NCBI GenBank assembly: GCA_032718475.1
Contig: JAUCBJ010001004.1
Coordinates: 1-64,000 of the forward strand
Origin: Nemertoderma westbladi
Taxonomy: Eukaryota; Animalia; Xenacoelomorpha
Length of the DNA stretch: 64,000 bases
Reading direction: 5' to 3'
Each line of letters begins with the position of its first letter. Positions within the stretch are counted from its first letter, which is position 1. Below are positions 11,682 to 24,410 of the stretch, in pieces. The notes under the pieces are model-generated. The model ran no database searches. It was not told the origin of the DNA and saw nothing but the letters and a program-made list of their open reading frames with translations. The position numbers and the translations under genes were made by a program.

Positions 11682-12941
11682 ATGTCAATTATTAAGGAAT
11701 TAGATTTATTTTCTACACAGCCAATACAGACTGAATTTAAAGCAAAGCATTATGAAACAATTTACCCCGTATCTAATCTCAGAAGTGAGTCTAGGGAAGT
11801 CACGTTCCTTGTACCGAGATCCAATGAATTCTATACGAAACTGCAAGATGCGTTATTAATTACAAAATGTACTGTACGGTGGGATAGACGACTTGAAAAT
11901 TCCCATATATATATGCTGAATTACCCCGCTGAAACTATGTGGAGTGATATTAAAATAGACCTTAATGAGAAGCAGGTTGAAAATAGCAATAACCATTATT
12001 TCTACAAGTCGTACTTATCCAATTTATTATTTACAACTTACGAGGATAAAAATGGGCTACTGGGTGCGGGTGGCTTTCATCAGCCTTTATCTGAGCACGG
12101 AAATGAAATTGATCCCGGCGCGCATCCTATTGGCGATGCCTTTAGTAAACAAATGCAATTTGTAAGTGGATTGACGATTGATTTTGATACTGAAAGCAAA
12201 ATAATACAACCCGGGTATGATTTAAGAATGCATTTTAGTAAAGTATCAAATTCGTTTATTTTTAAAATCACTCCAAACGCAAACGTGGTGACAAATCTTC
12301 GGCTAGAATTAGATGAAATAAAGATCCTAATCCCTAGAATGGAGGTTAATCCGGTAATAGAAAGCAGTCACCTAAAAGGTTTAGAGAGTTACGATATTGA
12401 ATATCAATTCCAAAAAAAGGAGGTTACAACATTTACTATTCCCGCTCAAACCACAAATTACACCCAAACAAACATATTTGATGGTAAAAAACCCAAATTA
12501 GTTATTATCGGCTTCATAACAAATAACGCTTATTCGGGATAATTAATTAGCAATCCCTTGAAATTTGAACATTTTAACCTTAGACGCGCGGAACTGATTG
12601 TAGACGGTCTTCCAGTAGGTGGTGTAATATACGAGCCTAATTTTACAGATGGAACATATATTTTTGAGTATACTCAATTAATGAAGAACATTAATATATA
12701 TATTAACGGTTATGGAGGTAATAATATAGACCATGAAACCTACTTAGGTAATTGCCCCATCCTATCCTGGGACTTAACCGCCGACGGCTATGTTAGAGAT
12801 CCGCAACCATCGATATATACTAACGGCCAATTAAAATTAAGATTTGCCGAACCGTTGGTTGAAACCATAAATGTAATCGTTTTTAATATTTATGATCAAT
12901 CATTAAGTTTAAATAGTAGGAAAGAAATACATATCGATTAA
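11682..12941 (+). pseudogene. Double jelly-roll major capsid protein (~419 aa) with one premature stop
   Basis: ELDLFSTQPIQT N-terminus and KPKLVIIGFITNNAYSG*LISNPLKFEHFNL motif. ORFs 11682-12542 and 12558-12941 are in the same frame, separated by TAA at 12540-12542. Confidence 0.88.
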
Positions 12942-12943
12942 GT

Positions 12944-13396
12944 ATGTTATCTACAGAGGACCTTGATATGTTTCCAGTGGGTGGTCACTATTTGGGTGCG
13001 TTTCCAGCTAATAAATTACCTAAATTAGATAATAATGAGCGAAGAGATTATGGGTTAATAGTAAATACCGATAAAGAGCATCTGCCCGGGATTCATTGGA
13101 TCGCAATATATATACGAGATAATGAGGCTGAATTATTTGATTCATTCGGATCAAAATATCCAAACAGATGCATCGAAAAATGGCTTGAGAAAAATTCCGC
13201 AAGATGGCGTACTACTCGCAAACAATTTCAAGACCCAAGGAGGACCACATGCGGTCTATACTGTCTTTATTACTTGGTAAATCGAATTCACACAAACTAT
13301 CCAATGAGTGCGTTTACAAATAATGTGGAAATAAATGAAATAATATTATATAAATGGCTTGTTAATTATTATAAAATAAACCAACAAGTGTTGTAA
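12944..13396 (+). CDS. Adenain-like cysteine maturation protease
   Basis: YLGAFPANKLP, IVNTD...PGIHWIA (catalytic His), ELFDSFG (Asp), QFQ...TCGLYCLYYL (oxyanion Gln, catalytic Cys). Confidence 0.93.
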   Translation: MLSTEDLDMFPVGGHYLGAFPANKLPKLDNNERRDYGLIVNTDKEHLPGIHWIAIYIRDNEAELFDSFGSKYPNRCIEKWLEKNSARWRTTRKQFQDPRRTTCGLYCLYYLVNRIHTNYPMSAFTNNVEINEIILYKWLVNYYKINQQVL

Positions 13397-13427
13397 TTAA
13401 TCATTTAGCTTTTGTTTATCAGATAAA

Positions 13428-14024
13428 ATGGATAATATTATTTTTGTTGATTTTCAATATTATAAGATAGACAATAAAGAGTATCCGGTAGTATTTAAAG
13501 AATTTGCTATATTCGATTCTAATTACACCAAAACTAATGTAAAGATGTTTTTAATTAAAGGCCCACCTATTATTAAGTTATCAGCTTTAGATGTAGCTCA
13601 CGTAAACAATTTACGAGACATGACTTCTCATTTGCCCTGGGACTACGGTGACATTTCGCAAGATGACTTTAAAAAATATATGAAGAGACATTTAAAATAT
13701 AAAAAAAATATACATGTATTTGGGTTGATGAAATGGGCAATATTAAACACCCAACTCGATGTTCTCGCGCCAAATTCGGTGGAGAAATTGGGAATATATA
13801 AGCAATATCATGATTATTTAACCCCCTGTCGCTTCCACGATCAATTTACTACAGTAGAAAATAAATGTGCGTTCCACTTAAACATTAGGGATAACTGTCT
13901 GCGATACTGCTCAGCAAAACGCGTTGGGGGGTATGAGATGCTACACTTTTTCATGAGAAAGCGTTTAACTGCGACTGATGATGATAAACAGAAAGAAATA
14001 ACTGCGGTGGAAGATGTACTGTAG
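13428..14024 (+). CDS. Polinton DEDD/DnaQ-like exonuclease-fold protein
   Basis: IFVDFQ...FKEFAI...HLPWDYGDI...IHVFGLMK...C..H...C pattern, resembling the small DEDD-derived proteins of invertebrate Polintons. Confidence 0.55.
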   Translation: MDNIIFVDFQYYKIDNKEYPVVFKEFAIFDSNYTKTNVKMFLIKGPPIIKLSALDVAHVNNLRDMTSHLPWDYGDISQDDFKKYMKRHLKYKKNIHVFGLMKWAILNTQLDVLAPNSVEKLGIYKQYHDYLTPCRFHDQFTTVENKCAFHLNIRDNCLRYCSAKRVGGYEMLHFFMRKRLTATDDDKQKEITAVEDVL

Positions 14025-14384
14025 GTTTACTGTAAGCTTGTTATATGATGGGATATAATATAATTTTATTTTGGTGATGATCTTGATGTTAATATAAAAA
14101 TATAATAAAATATAATTTTTTTACAACAAGTTCTCTAAAAAAGAGTCAATTGCGCTAGGTTAACCATACACATTTAACAATATGACGTAGACGTAACATG
14201 TACAGTAAGTATTCTCGATATCCTTCTAATATAGATGTACTGGTATTGCGAAACATCCTATACATCGCAAACTAATAACACATACAGTAGTTGACTAGTA
14301 ATATTAGTCAGAAATGCAACATAAACTGTATAGGTTAACCTGTTGGTACCGGTACTGATAAATTCAATAATTTATTATAGGCCT

Positions 14385-15310
14385 AACCACAACTGTCATC
14401 CGCTTTATCAGTACCGGTAGTGTTTTACTCTTCCAACACTGTAGTCACAGTCTACTGATATCAGTACAGCAGTAATCTGAAGCAATAGCATACTGCTGTC
14501 ATGATCCGGATTACACGCAGGGGTCTCACATACAGGGATTAGATCACCTACCCAAACAATACAGTACTGCAGTACTGTCGTTGTTGTTGTAACAGCATAG
14601 TCAGATACAGCATACTGATTTCCTTTGATTAGCATTGTACTGCAGTACCAGTACTACAGTATTAATGTAACAGTACCTGCAGTAACAAACTAAGCCAATG
14701 TAGGCCTATACAATATCGTGAGCCAGTTACAATCAGATGTGTACGCAGTCAGCCACACTGCAGGGATGCGGTCAACCTCACAGCTAGCCTCGCAGTTCCT
14801 ATCCACAACTGTCATCTACTTTATCAGTACAGCAGTAATTTGATGCAATAGCATTTGTTTTTTTTCACCTATAAGGATACTGCTGTCTACCCGAACCTTG
14901 ATTAGCATACTGCTGTCATAACCTAGAAGGTACGCATGGCTCTCACATATAGGGATTAGATCACCTACCCAAACAATACAGTACTGCTGTACTGTCGCTG
15001 TTGTTGTACTGCAGTACCGGTACCGCAGTATTAATGTAACAGTACCTGTAGTAACAAACTAAGCCATTGTATACAATATCGTGAGCCAGTTACAATCAGA
15101 TACTGTCGTTGTTGTTGTAACAGTATAGTCAGATACAGCATGCTGATTTCCTTTAATTAGCATTGTACCGCAGTACCGCTACTACAGTATTAATGTAACA
15201 GTACCCGCAGTAACAAACTAAGCCATTGTATACAATATCGTGAGCCAGTTACAATCGGATGTGCGCGCAGTCAGCCACGCTGCTGGGAAGCGGTCAACCA
15301 CGCAGTCAGA
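14385..15310. repeat. Mosaic direct repeats between the convergent viral gene blocks
   Basis: Block CAGTATTAATGTAACAGTACC.G.AGTAACAAACTAAGCCA...CAATATCGTGAGCCAGTTACAATC occurs three times (~14657, ~15026, ~15185); GGGATTAGATCACCTACCCAAACAATACAG occurs twice. Confidence 0.85.
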
Positions 15311-15334
15311 GCAGCATCGCTGCCACCCTCGCGA

Positions 15335-15485
15335 GCAGCCTCGCGGCACGCAGTCAGCCTCGCGGCACGCAGTCAGCCTTGCGGCACGCAGTCAGCCAGC
15401 CTCGCAGCCAGCCTCGCGGCACGCAGTTAGCCTCACGGTCGGTCATGCAGTCAGCCAGCCAGCCACGCAGCTAGGCACGTAGTCA
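15335..15485. repeat. GC-rich ~19-bp minisatellite
   Basis: Unit CGCGGCACGCAGTCAGCCT in tandem with degenerate copies. Confidence 0.85.
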
Positions 15486-15576
15486 ACCCGCGAGAGTCAT
15501 ACTTATTCAAACGAGGTTAGTTTTCCCTAACTACCGATAGATTGATTGAAAAATAATAATGTTTAATTTTCACCTT

Positions 15577-15861
15577 CTAATCACCAATATATTCTACACC
15601 TAAAGTCACAACACCAAACATTAATAAATAATTAACAAGTTTACTAAATATAGGGTAATAAATGTGAAATTTGCTAGGTGAACACATTAAAGTACATTTA
15701 CCGGTATGAAAGCAGCAAATGACTACGGTATTATTTATTCTTATTTTGCAATTATTAAAAATTTCAGGTTCATATATAACTTGAAGTTGCACATTATCAA
15801 AGACAACATAAAACCCGGTATTGTTTATCAATAACCTATAGACTACAGACTTAATACTAAA
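15577..15861 (-). pseudogene. 3' half of viral TBP-like gene (split by LTR element A)
   Basis: Encodes FSIKSVVYRLLINNTG...VIYEPEIFNNCKIRINNTVVICCFHTGKCTL. YEPE(I/L)F and F.TGK..L match the second TBP repeat. In frame with 48605-48874 across the TSD. Confidence 0.75.
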
Positions 15862-15866
15862 AATAT

Positions 15867-17126
15867 TGTACGCGCTTTTGAAGACCTTTAGCAGTTTAAC
15901 CTGCCAAAATTTATATGTCTTTTGGTTTATAAATAGACTTTAGAAGTTGACAAATATTTAATACCAATAAACACAACATTAGCAGAAGCCAGCCTAGTGC
16001 GCGTCCATTCACCCGCTGGATATACCCGGGAGACTGGATTCTGAGGGCTTAGATTATTATTGCAGTGTAAGCTTACTGTATTATTCGATTGATCGTTAAT
16101 AAATAATTTCTGACTAATATTATTCACTTTCGGGAAATATTAACAGTTCCTTTAGGACGTGGCGCTCTATCTAGGTAAACAGAGATATGACTTATACTAA
16201 TCACAACGGTAAGTCGGTGAGGCTTATGATTCAAGTATGAGGCGCATTCTTTAGGAAATGCTTAGTTATCAGTCACAATCAGGCACACTACCGGTAACAC
16301 ACAATACTGCTCAATAATTTGCCGACCGTCAATGAATTTTATCATATATAAAGAGAACAGCAATGGACTCATGTAGTGCTTATCAAATAGCATTAAATTC
16401 ACTACAAACCACAATAATATAAGTCGCAATCGCTATATATAACCCGTCTCTCTAACCTGTAGTGTATCAAGAAAATTGGGAAATTTGGGTTCTTTATAAA
16501 TGTTCTCCAAATAATATTCAACCAAAACACAACAGTAAAAAGCATTAAGACGGTAGGTTAAGATATGAAATGACAATGTATATGCCGATTGAGTCGAGTT
16601 GATTGAGTTGAGTTGATAACAGTTATACGCTCTATAATTTAAGCCTACTAATGTTTCTTCTAAAGTATGAAAACGAATTGACTCTAGAGCCGGTGTTCCT
16701 GGCCTAGATAGAAACAACACAACAGTATCAAGAAAAAACAGTAAGACTGAACACTCCTAGTATGATCGGCCGAATATCTCCACATCGACAGAAAAAATCG
16801 CTCTGATTGGCTTAAGCTAAACAAAGAACCATGTGTCCAATGGCCGTTTCCATGTCAGCAACCAGCTGTTAGATGTCGTAATCTGAATCATCAAGGCTAA
16901 GCTGTGTAAAGGTATTTGGTGCATTGCGGGTTTTTTGCCTTACCATGTCCGCCAAAGCACGTATATAGAAGAATGACTTTTATGTCCGTTAAAACACCTA
17001 TAACGGTACCTTGCGGGCGAGGGGAATATATATATAGTTAGAGAGCCTTTTAGAGTATTCCAGCGCCTGGGGGTAAACTGGATTGCGAAGCAAAAGGGCC
17101 AGTTATATCCCACAGAAGCTTTTACA
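15867..17126 (-). repeat. 3' LTR of element A
   Basis: Near-identical to 47345-48604 (about 7 substitutions seen by eye). Preceded on the - strand by the purine tract GGGAGCGG (17127-17134). Confidence 0.96.
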
Positions 17127-17204
17127 CCGCTCCCAGAAAATGGGATTTGAGTCTATAAAATATACAAAATCACAGTTTCTAATATACGTAAATACTCTAA
17201 ACAG

Positions 17205-18656
17205 TTAGTCTTTCTTGCGCGGACGGCGTTTACGCAGTTTTTTAAAGCTAGCCAGAGTCCTTTTCTCTTTGGGGCGAGCCACTTTACAAGGAGGGCTATA
17301 ACTCCTGGGTGAAGGGTGCAATATGATTGCATCAGAGGGTGTAGGATTATGGTCGGTGTATCCGCCAGTCGAAGTACCGGGTTGATTGACATCAACGTCA
17401 GGGGAGAGGGGTCTAACGGCTTTGAGAGCTCGTTTCAAGACAGCCGCTCTTACGGGTCCTTTACGAGTGGTCTGAACGAGGGCCGTGGGTGGACCATAGG
17501 CAGTTAGAAACCTCCTGGGTTTAATGGTTCTTTCCAACTCGCATTCGCGGGCTCGGTATTCGTAAGGCCGTCGATATACTTCCTGTAACTCGGGGTGTGA
17601 GTTAACAAATAAGTCTCCATAGTCTGGGTCCTGACGGATATAATTGATTAAGTTATAGGAATGAAGGTCGCTAGGATTAACACTCCTAAGAAATTTGCGT
17701 ACGAACTTGGTTGAAATACATTCTCCGACGCGCTTCAGTAGTTCGTAACTCGATATGCGTGATTTCTGTTCGACAGAAGCGGATAGGTAAGGATGGAACG
17801 CATAAACTCCTTCGTAAGCGCGTCCAGGATAATAGCGATGGCGCGAATCACAATGTAAATCAGCGTTCGCTTCCCAAGCTCTGATGTAACGTAGTGTGAT
17901 CATTTCATCTACGCTTTCCAAATCGCGATTAAAAGGGCAATCGAAACTGGCGTGTCCCTTTAGTTGACAATGGTGACATTGAGTCATAAATTGAGGGCAA
18001 ACCGCAAAAATGTGCAAGTTATTGAGTCTGCAATACGCGCAATAAATTTCCATCGCCGGTTGTTCGTGGAAATAGGAACAGCGGACGACGTTTGTGTCCA
18101 TGGGCGTAACATGGTCTCTCGATGCGCATAACCGACAACGTTGCCGAGAAACATAGTTGGCATGGCGATAATTGTACGCAGTGAGACACTGTGGACCTTG
18201 ATACCATTCTAGGATGTAATCGTTGTCGCTGTTCCGGGCGCGATAGGCTGAATCTCCTCAGATTCTAGGCATATTGGTTCGTCTTCCCAGTCTGTTACGA
18301 ATAGAATTTTCGTGATCTATTCTCGGTTTATCGTTACGACTCCGCTGGGTATAATATTTAAATAGAACCATTTCCCTTTCGGTGTCTACATCGTCCGTAT
18401 CATGTAAATCGATAGGATGGCAGGTAGTTAGGAAGTCCATATACGCACTATTACGATGCGTATAGCGAGCGGTGAATTTTCGATAGTCCAATTCACGCGT
18501 AAATTGCTCTTGGGACATCGGCGGTTCGATATAACGACCATCGTCCTCCGTAATGGTTGGATCGATTTCACCGCGTATCAAGCTATCCACAAATGCTTGT
18601 AAAGGTAGAGTATATCGCTCCCTGATACCAAGATCATCTTCTATCAACTCCGTCAT
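17205..18656 (-). pseudogene. Accessory 3' ORFs of element A (Zn-knuckle protein), internally deleted
   Basis: Homologous to B 36501-38735. About 0.8 kb is missing near 18290. Retains CAYCRLNNLHIFAVC, CHHCQLKGHASFDC and the basic tail. Confidence 0.85.
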
Positions 18657-20290
18657 ATCTGCTATCTGAGTTTATTAATATCGAAATGAGTTTATGTTTA
18701 GGCGAGCGGACGTCGCTGCCTACCTCTCTTTGCCCCCGGACAGTGGGATTCTCAGCGCCGATGTACCGTCGTCGCGGTGTTTACGCCAACATGTAGCAAC
18801 AGCACGACAACGATAACCGGCACAAGTCACTCCACTGTCCGTCCCAAAGGCTTGAATCCACTTTAGGTTCTTTCTATAGGAGAGTTGGGCTACTTTCACA
18901 ATTGCGACTAGCTACTGTAAACATACTTTAGCAGTAACATTCACCTATAAACGCACAAATTCCACACAACTGTCACCAATTGTACACATACAGGCCATTT
19001 GTCCGTTAGTCAGTGCATTCCAGAATGTCACGTTATTACTGTATATCCTTGGATACTAACAGTGTGCTATGTATTCTCTATGCTATGCAATGGGACAAGC
19101 TTTCTATTGTTCTCTTAACTTGCTTCTAATTCTAGCGTGGGTGTTGCTATGGTGACATTATGGAATGCTAGCGGTAGAATTAGGGTAATTCTCATGCATA
19201 CAGATCTGGGATGCTATTTAATAATAATTCTTTAATTGTCAATATCCTCTTTATGGATGATTTTATTAATTTTATCGGCTATTGACTATATGTTGGAGAT
19301 TCTCGCACTCTAATACACTCAATAGGATGAATCTCCGCTCCCATGATCTATTAATTAATGGAGTTTTGGGAATGTTATAAATTGCACAAAATGACAATTT
19401 ATGAAATTCATTTAAAATATGAATTTAAATCTATTCCCGTGAATTTTATTATTTGATGTTAAAATTGACACAATTTTTATTCCAGAGCACGTCTGGGGAC
19501 TGAGGATCCTGAATTCTATAAATTGTCTTTTAAGAGTATCGGTAAGTGCTGCGATATCTTAATTGACTAGAAATTTTAAAGGATCTGAATTTTACAGATT
19601 TTAATAAATATTAAATTAATATTTAAGATGGGCACCGATTTATTCCAGAACTTGTCTGGGGACGTTAACCACTGATTCTAGAATTTGTCTTTCAAGTATA
19701 TCGGTGGGTGCCGCGATATCTTAATCGACTAGAATTACAGATGGTCAAAAGGTTTAACAGATTTATTTGCGTTTTACGCTACTGTTATAGGGACATCACG
19801 CTACTATATGTATTATTTAATATAAGGTAGAAGAGCAATATCGCACGAAGCAATGTCAGTGTGAAGAGGCAAGTCGTTTCCAAGGTCTACCCAGAGCTTG
19901 GTTTAGCCGAGACACGAGGATCTGAACTTTGCATTCCTAATACTCTGCCTACCAATATACTTGAATATAGTAGTGGCTTTATTGTACTTTACTAAGTACG
20001 AAGTACGGACATTTCATCTTACTGTAGTCACGTATTTACAATATGATACGGACAGTAAGGAAAGAGAAAAATAATTATTTTCTCGCCGTCGCACTAAATA
20101 TATATTATAAGTAATTACGTAAGTAATAAACACTAATACATTGCACTAATCTACTAAATAATCACTAAAATAACATTCTACTAAATAAAATTGAATAAAA
20201 GCGATTATAACAAAGTACATAATAAAGTTCGCATATAAAAATATAATAAAATATATAAAACAATGTAGTCATACACCCACTCCAGACGTA

Positions 20291-23187
20291 TCACGTTGGG
20301 GAGTCCCTAGATGTTTGAGGAATTAGGGAGGTGGTCGTGGGAAGAGTATCTTGCCTTCCATAGTTTCCGGAGAGTTCTCTGTCTCTTTCCAGTAAACATA
20401 AACGACCAACTGGGCGATTGAGTTGTTGCGTCTCAAAGATTATGCCTGGTTTCTTGAAGTTACGCCGCATGACGATGAGTTCTACCGAGCGTACTAAACC
20501 ATCATCCGAGATGTGGGTCTCGATGATACGACCTGTCTGCCACCGTTTACGTGGGAGGTCTGGATCTACAATAAGCACCATATCTCCGGCGCTGACGTTT
20601 TCTTGCTGCGCAAACCACTTAGTTCGAAGTTGTAGCGTGGGCAGATAATGTTTCTCGAAATGGTCAGCGAAACGACGGGATAGCAACTGCATAAGTTGCC
20701 AAGTTCGACGGCAGTATTCGTCTCCGTCGGCAATCTCCGATCGTGGGAGCATGGCTACAGGTTTCTTCAGTAGGAAGTGCGCGGGTGTTAGAGCTTCCAG
20801 GGAATCGGGACTCGATGAGACTGGCATCAGCAGTCTCTCGTTGAGATAGGCAGCTATTTCCTCCATTAACGTCCGCAAAAGTTCGTCGGTGAGATACGCG
20901 CGGCATGGCACTATAAAGTGAAATGCGGTCTTAACACTTCTAATTAATCAGCTGGTCGTCCACCTGTCTTTGGTTCCAGTCCTTCACGTAAGCCTGTATT
21001 TCGTTGTTGGCACCAATGAAGTTCGTTCCCTTATCAGATCTCATGGTATTACTCGTCCCGAAGCGAGCGATCTGTCGGCGTAAACTTAAGACGAAGCTGT
21101 TGGTAGATAGATCGTTCACCATATCGAGATGGATGGCTCTACAAGTCATGCATACGAAGATGACACACCATCTCTTGACTATAGTCCTCGCACGATATAC
21201 TTCGATAGGGCCAAATAAATCTACACCAGTATTAGTAAAAGGTGGTTCATAGAAGCTTACTCGTTCCCTAGGTAATTCTGCCTCTCGCTGTGTTAAAGGC
21301 CTACTGAATGCTTTCCTACAGGGTATGCAGTTCCTAAGAACTTGGTTCAGAGCTCTACAGGGTTTATCAAAATAATAGCGAGTTCGAATTTCGCTAAGAA
21401 CTCGTTCTCTACCAGCATGATAAAGTTTGCTGTGGACATCTACAATCATCTTGATTTGTACTTCAAGATTTCTAATGAGTATGGGGAATTTAGTGTCAAA
21501 GGATAATGGCGCATTGGTGAGTCTTCCTCCAACACGTATTAACCCATCTATCATTGTGCTAGAGAATCGATCCCTTAAGCGCATCTGCGGATTTCTCAAC
21601 AACAGGAAATACTTATCGGAATCCTCATAGCATTGCAGGAGTCTCAGTATCTGCTTATTTGTTTCTTCATGCTCCTGGTGACTAATTTTCTCCTTTAGAA
21701 AACGGTCAGATGTCTTATATTTGGGTAAATTTTTAATAACATGAACTTGCGCAGATGTCAATGGAGCGGTATCACTAATGGTCTTCGTCCTGGAGTAGTG
21801 ATGATGAAAACATCGCCTTAAATATGTGACGGCTTTACAGAGCCGATTCCAGGAACTGTAGTGATGCATTGCTCTCTGCAGCATGGGTGAGATTCCTTGC
21901 GAGACGTCTGGTATTCCAGATTTCCAATCTCTATCTCTAATTTCCACAACAGACTTATTTGTGGTGAGGGATTGTGGATCCGAAGCATCGTTTCCGGAAG
22001 TATGTAATACAGATAGATCGATAGTCGGTTTAAATAACTTCGATTTACTCGCCCGGGTTTTAGGTTTGACTGTCTCCGCTCCCTTGGCTTGTCTAATCTC
22101 CGCCGTAATAAGGTGAGGAGGCCATTCATCCTCTTCCTTGCTCAGGAAGTCGGGTCCACCCAACCAGTCTGGAGTATCTATCAGTTCCTGTGGAGTTGCT
22201 CCCCTGGAGGCGATATCGGCTGGATTAATCGTACCAGGGCAATGTCTCCATTGATCTATCTTTGTGCGACTAAGAATAATAGCTACCCTGTTAGTAACAA
22301 AAACGCTGAACTGACAGACTTCATTGGTTAGATACTCCAACACGAGTAAAGCGTCGGTCCAATAAACCGTTTTCTCCAGTGGATAGTCGATTTGTTCCGT
22401 TACGTTCCGGCCGATGGCTGTAGCGTATAAAGCCGCCTTTAACTCCGCTCGAGGAACCTTTAACTTGTTGTTAATCAATGCCTTAGAGGTAACCAAGGCG
22501 ACTTTGATTCCATCCGGGGTTTCGACTCGCAGATATGCTACTATACCTATTCCCATGTCGCTGGCGTCTCCAAACACATGGAGTTGATAGGAATACGTAG
22601 GAAGAACATGGCCAAAATATGCACGGGAAATTATAAAGTTCTCGATGGCAGGTAGAGAATCTTCCCATTTCATCCATTTCTTTAACAATTCTCCCTTAAG
22701 CGGATCGTCCCATGAGTGGTTTTCAAGCCACATTTGTTGTACTAAACTCCGAGCAATCAATATAACTGGGCTAATAAATCCCAATGGGTCGAAATAAGTG
22801 CTCAGGATACTTAAACAAATCCGTTTGGTCCGAACTGGATTATCTCGCTGTTTTAACTGAAAAAACAGGATGTCTCTTTCAGTGTCCCACTTCAAGCCAA
22901 GCGTCTTGGTTTCAGGAAGATCGTCCTTTATTAAGTCTAGATCTTTCGCTCCTCGGTCTGCTACCGGTATAGCTTCCAGAAACTCACGGGAGTTGCTGGT
23001 GAATTTCGTCAGTCGAAATCCACCTCTTTTCAAACACTCTACCGTTCCTTTTGCGACATCTATGGCTTCTTCTACTGATGGAAGGGACCTTAAATTGTCG
23101 TCCATGTATATATTCCGTTTGATGTTGTCTATCACCTCTTTTGAGAAGGAGTCTCGGTTGTCATGGAGCAGGCGTTGGAAGGGCTTG
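20291..23187 (-). pseudogene. pol: 3' part of element A pol (RT C-term, RNase H, integrase)
   Basis: YMDD, HVFGDASD, WTDA, HCPGTINPADIASRG, GVDLFGP, RSDKGTNF. Relative to B there is a ~19-nt deletion near 23163 and a ~68-nt deletion near 20948 that removes the integrase WERL glutamate. Confidence 0.93.
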
Positions 23188-23192
23188 ATATG

Positions 23193-24398
23193 TGTAAAAG
23201 CTTTTGTGGGATAACTGATTCGTTTGCCTTGTTGGCCAGTTCCCCCCCAGTCGCTAGAATACTCTCAAAAGGGATCTATAGCTAAAAATAGTGCAAGTTA
23301 CCAGCTTATTGGCTGATTTGTTGTACGCAGGCATCTGGGCTCTGTTTAATCGGCCAACAAGCCTAGGGAGGTTGCATCATAGCCTTGTTTTTGTATCTCC
23401 CAATAGAATTTGAGTTAGCCTTGATTTTGACCTATCACAGAGCTACTGAACTGAAATTTTCCTATCTCACTGCTCTTTCTCTGTGTTGAAAGGGAGCTTC
23501 GTGGAATAAGGGTAGTTGGTATCCTCGTATAGAGCAGTAGTCACGAGTTTTTCAAAGCCACGAAAGAACGGCTTTGTAGTGTTTTATGCTTTCTGCTTTT
23601 TAGCTCAACACTAGTAGGTTTAATTATAAGGACATATATCCTTTAACTGGCGACCGCATTTGACACACCGTACCACACGGCTTTTAATAACTGCTGAAAC
23701 TGCTAAAATTTACCTGCTCAATCAATACTGTGTACTGCTATTTGTTGTCGGTTATTCATTATATTGGTTGATGAATTATTATATTGGAATAACGAGAAAT
23801 AACCCCGACACCCAATATTCTTGATATACCGAAGGTAAGAGAGAAAGGTTACCAATAACGATTGTGACTTATGTTAAAGTGGTTTGAAGTGAATCTAATG
23901 TTATTTGATAGACCCTACATGAGTCAGTCTGTGTTCCTTTTATATGTGACTAAAATCAGTGAAGATTGGCAGATTAGTGTGCAGTATTGTGCAGCATTGT
24001 GTATGAGTGAGTCTGTTAAAGAAGCATTTCCTAAAGAATGCGCCATATATGTGAATTATAATTAAGCCATATCGTTGTGAGTAGTTTAAGTCATAACTCT
24101 GTTTATATAGATAAAGCGCCACGTCCTAAAGGAACTGTTAATATTCCCCGAAGGTGAATAATATTGTCAGAGATTATATAATACTGTCAGTCGAATAATA
24201 CATTAGGCTTACATAGCAATAAAATTAAACCGTCGAACCCAATCTCCCGGGAATATCCAGCGGGTGAATGATCGCGCACAGATTGGTTTCGACTAGTGTA
24301 GTGAATCAAATACTTGTCATAGGCTAAAAAGCGATTTAATATCTAGAAGACATCTTAATTTGGCGGGTTAAACTGCCAAAGGTCTGAAAGCGCGAACA
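23193..24398 (+). repeat. 5' LTR of element B
   Basis: Matches 38814-40019 with only 2 substitutions seen by eye. Confidence 0.97.
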
Positions 24399-24410
24399 TT
24401 AAAGGATATA
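24399..24410 (+). promoter_or_regulatory. Non-tRNA primer-binding site of B, complementary to LTR positions 23635-23646
   Basis: TTAAAGGATATA directly abuts the LTR and is the exact reverse complement of TATATCCTTTAA inside the LTR. It does not start with TGG. Confidence 0.7.

Noticed and set aside
12540-12542. Programmed stop-codon readthrough or alternative genetic code in the capsid gene
   Set aside because: TAA terminates neighbouring genes normally, and sporadic stops of all three types occur in the decayed elements
15927-16720. Short ORFs repeated at 47405-48198, and at 23871-24122 / 39492-39743, as duplicated genes
   Set aside because: They are chance ORFs inside the LTR copies and are not conserved between A and B
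24115-24270. HDV-like or hammerhead ribozyme in the LTR (GCGCCACGTCC resembles an HDV L3 loop)
   Set aside because: I could not build the nested double pseudoknot or a CUGANGA/GAAA core by eye; kept only as a conserved structured region
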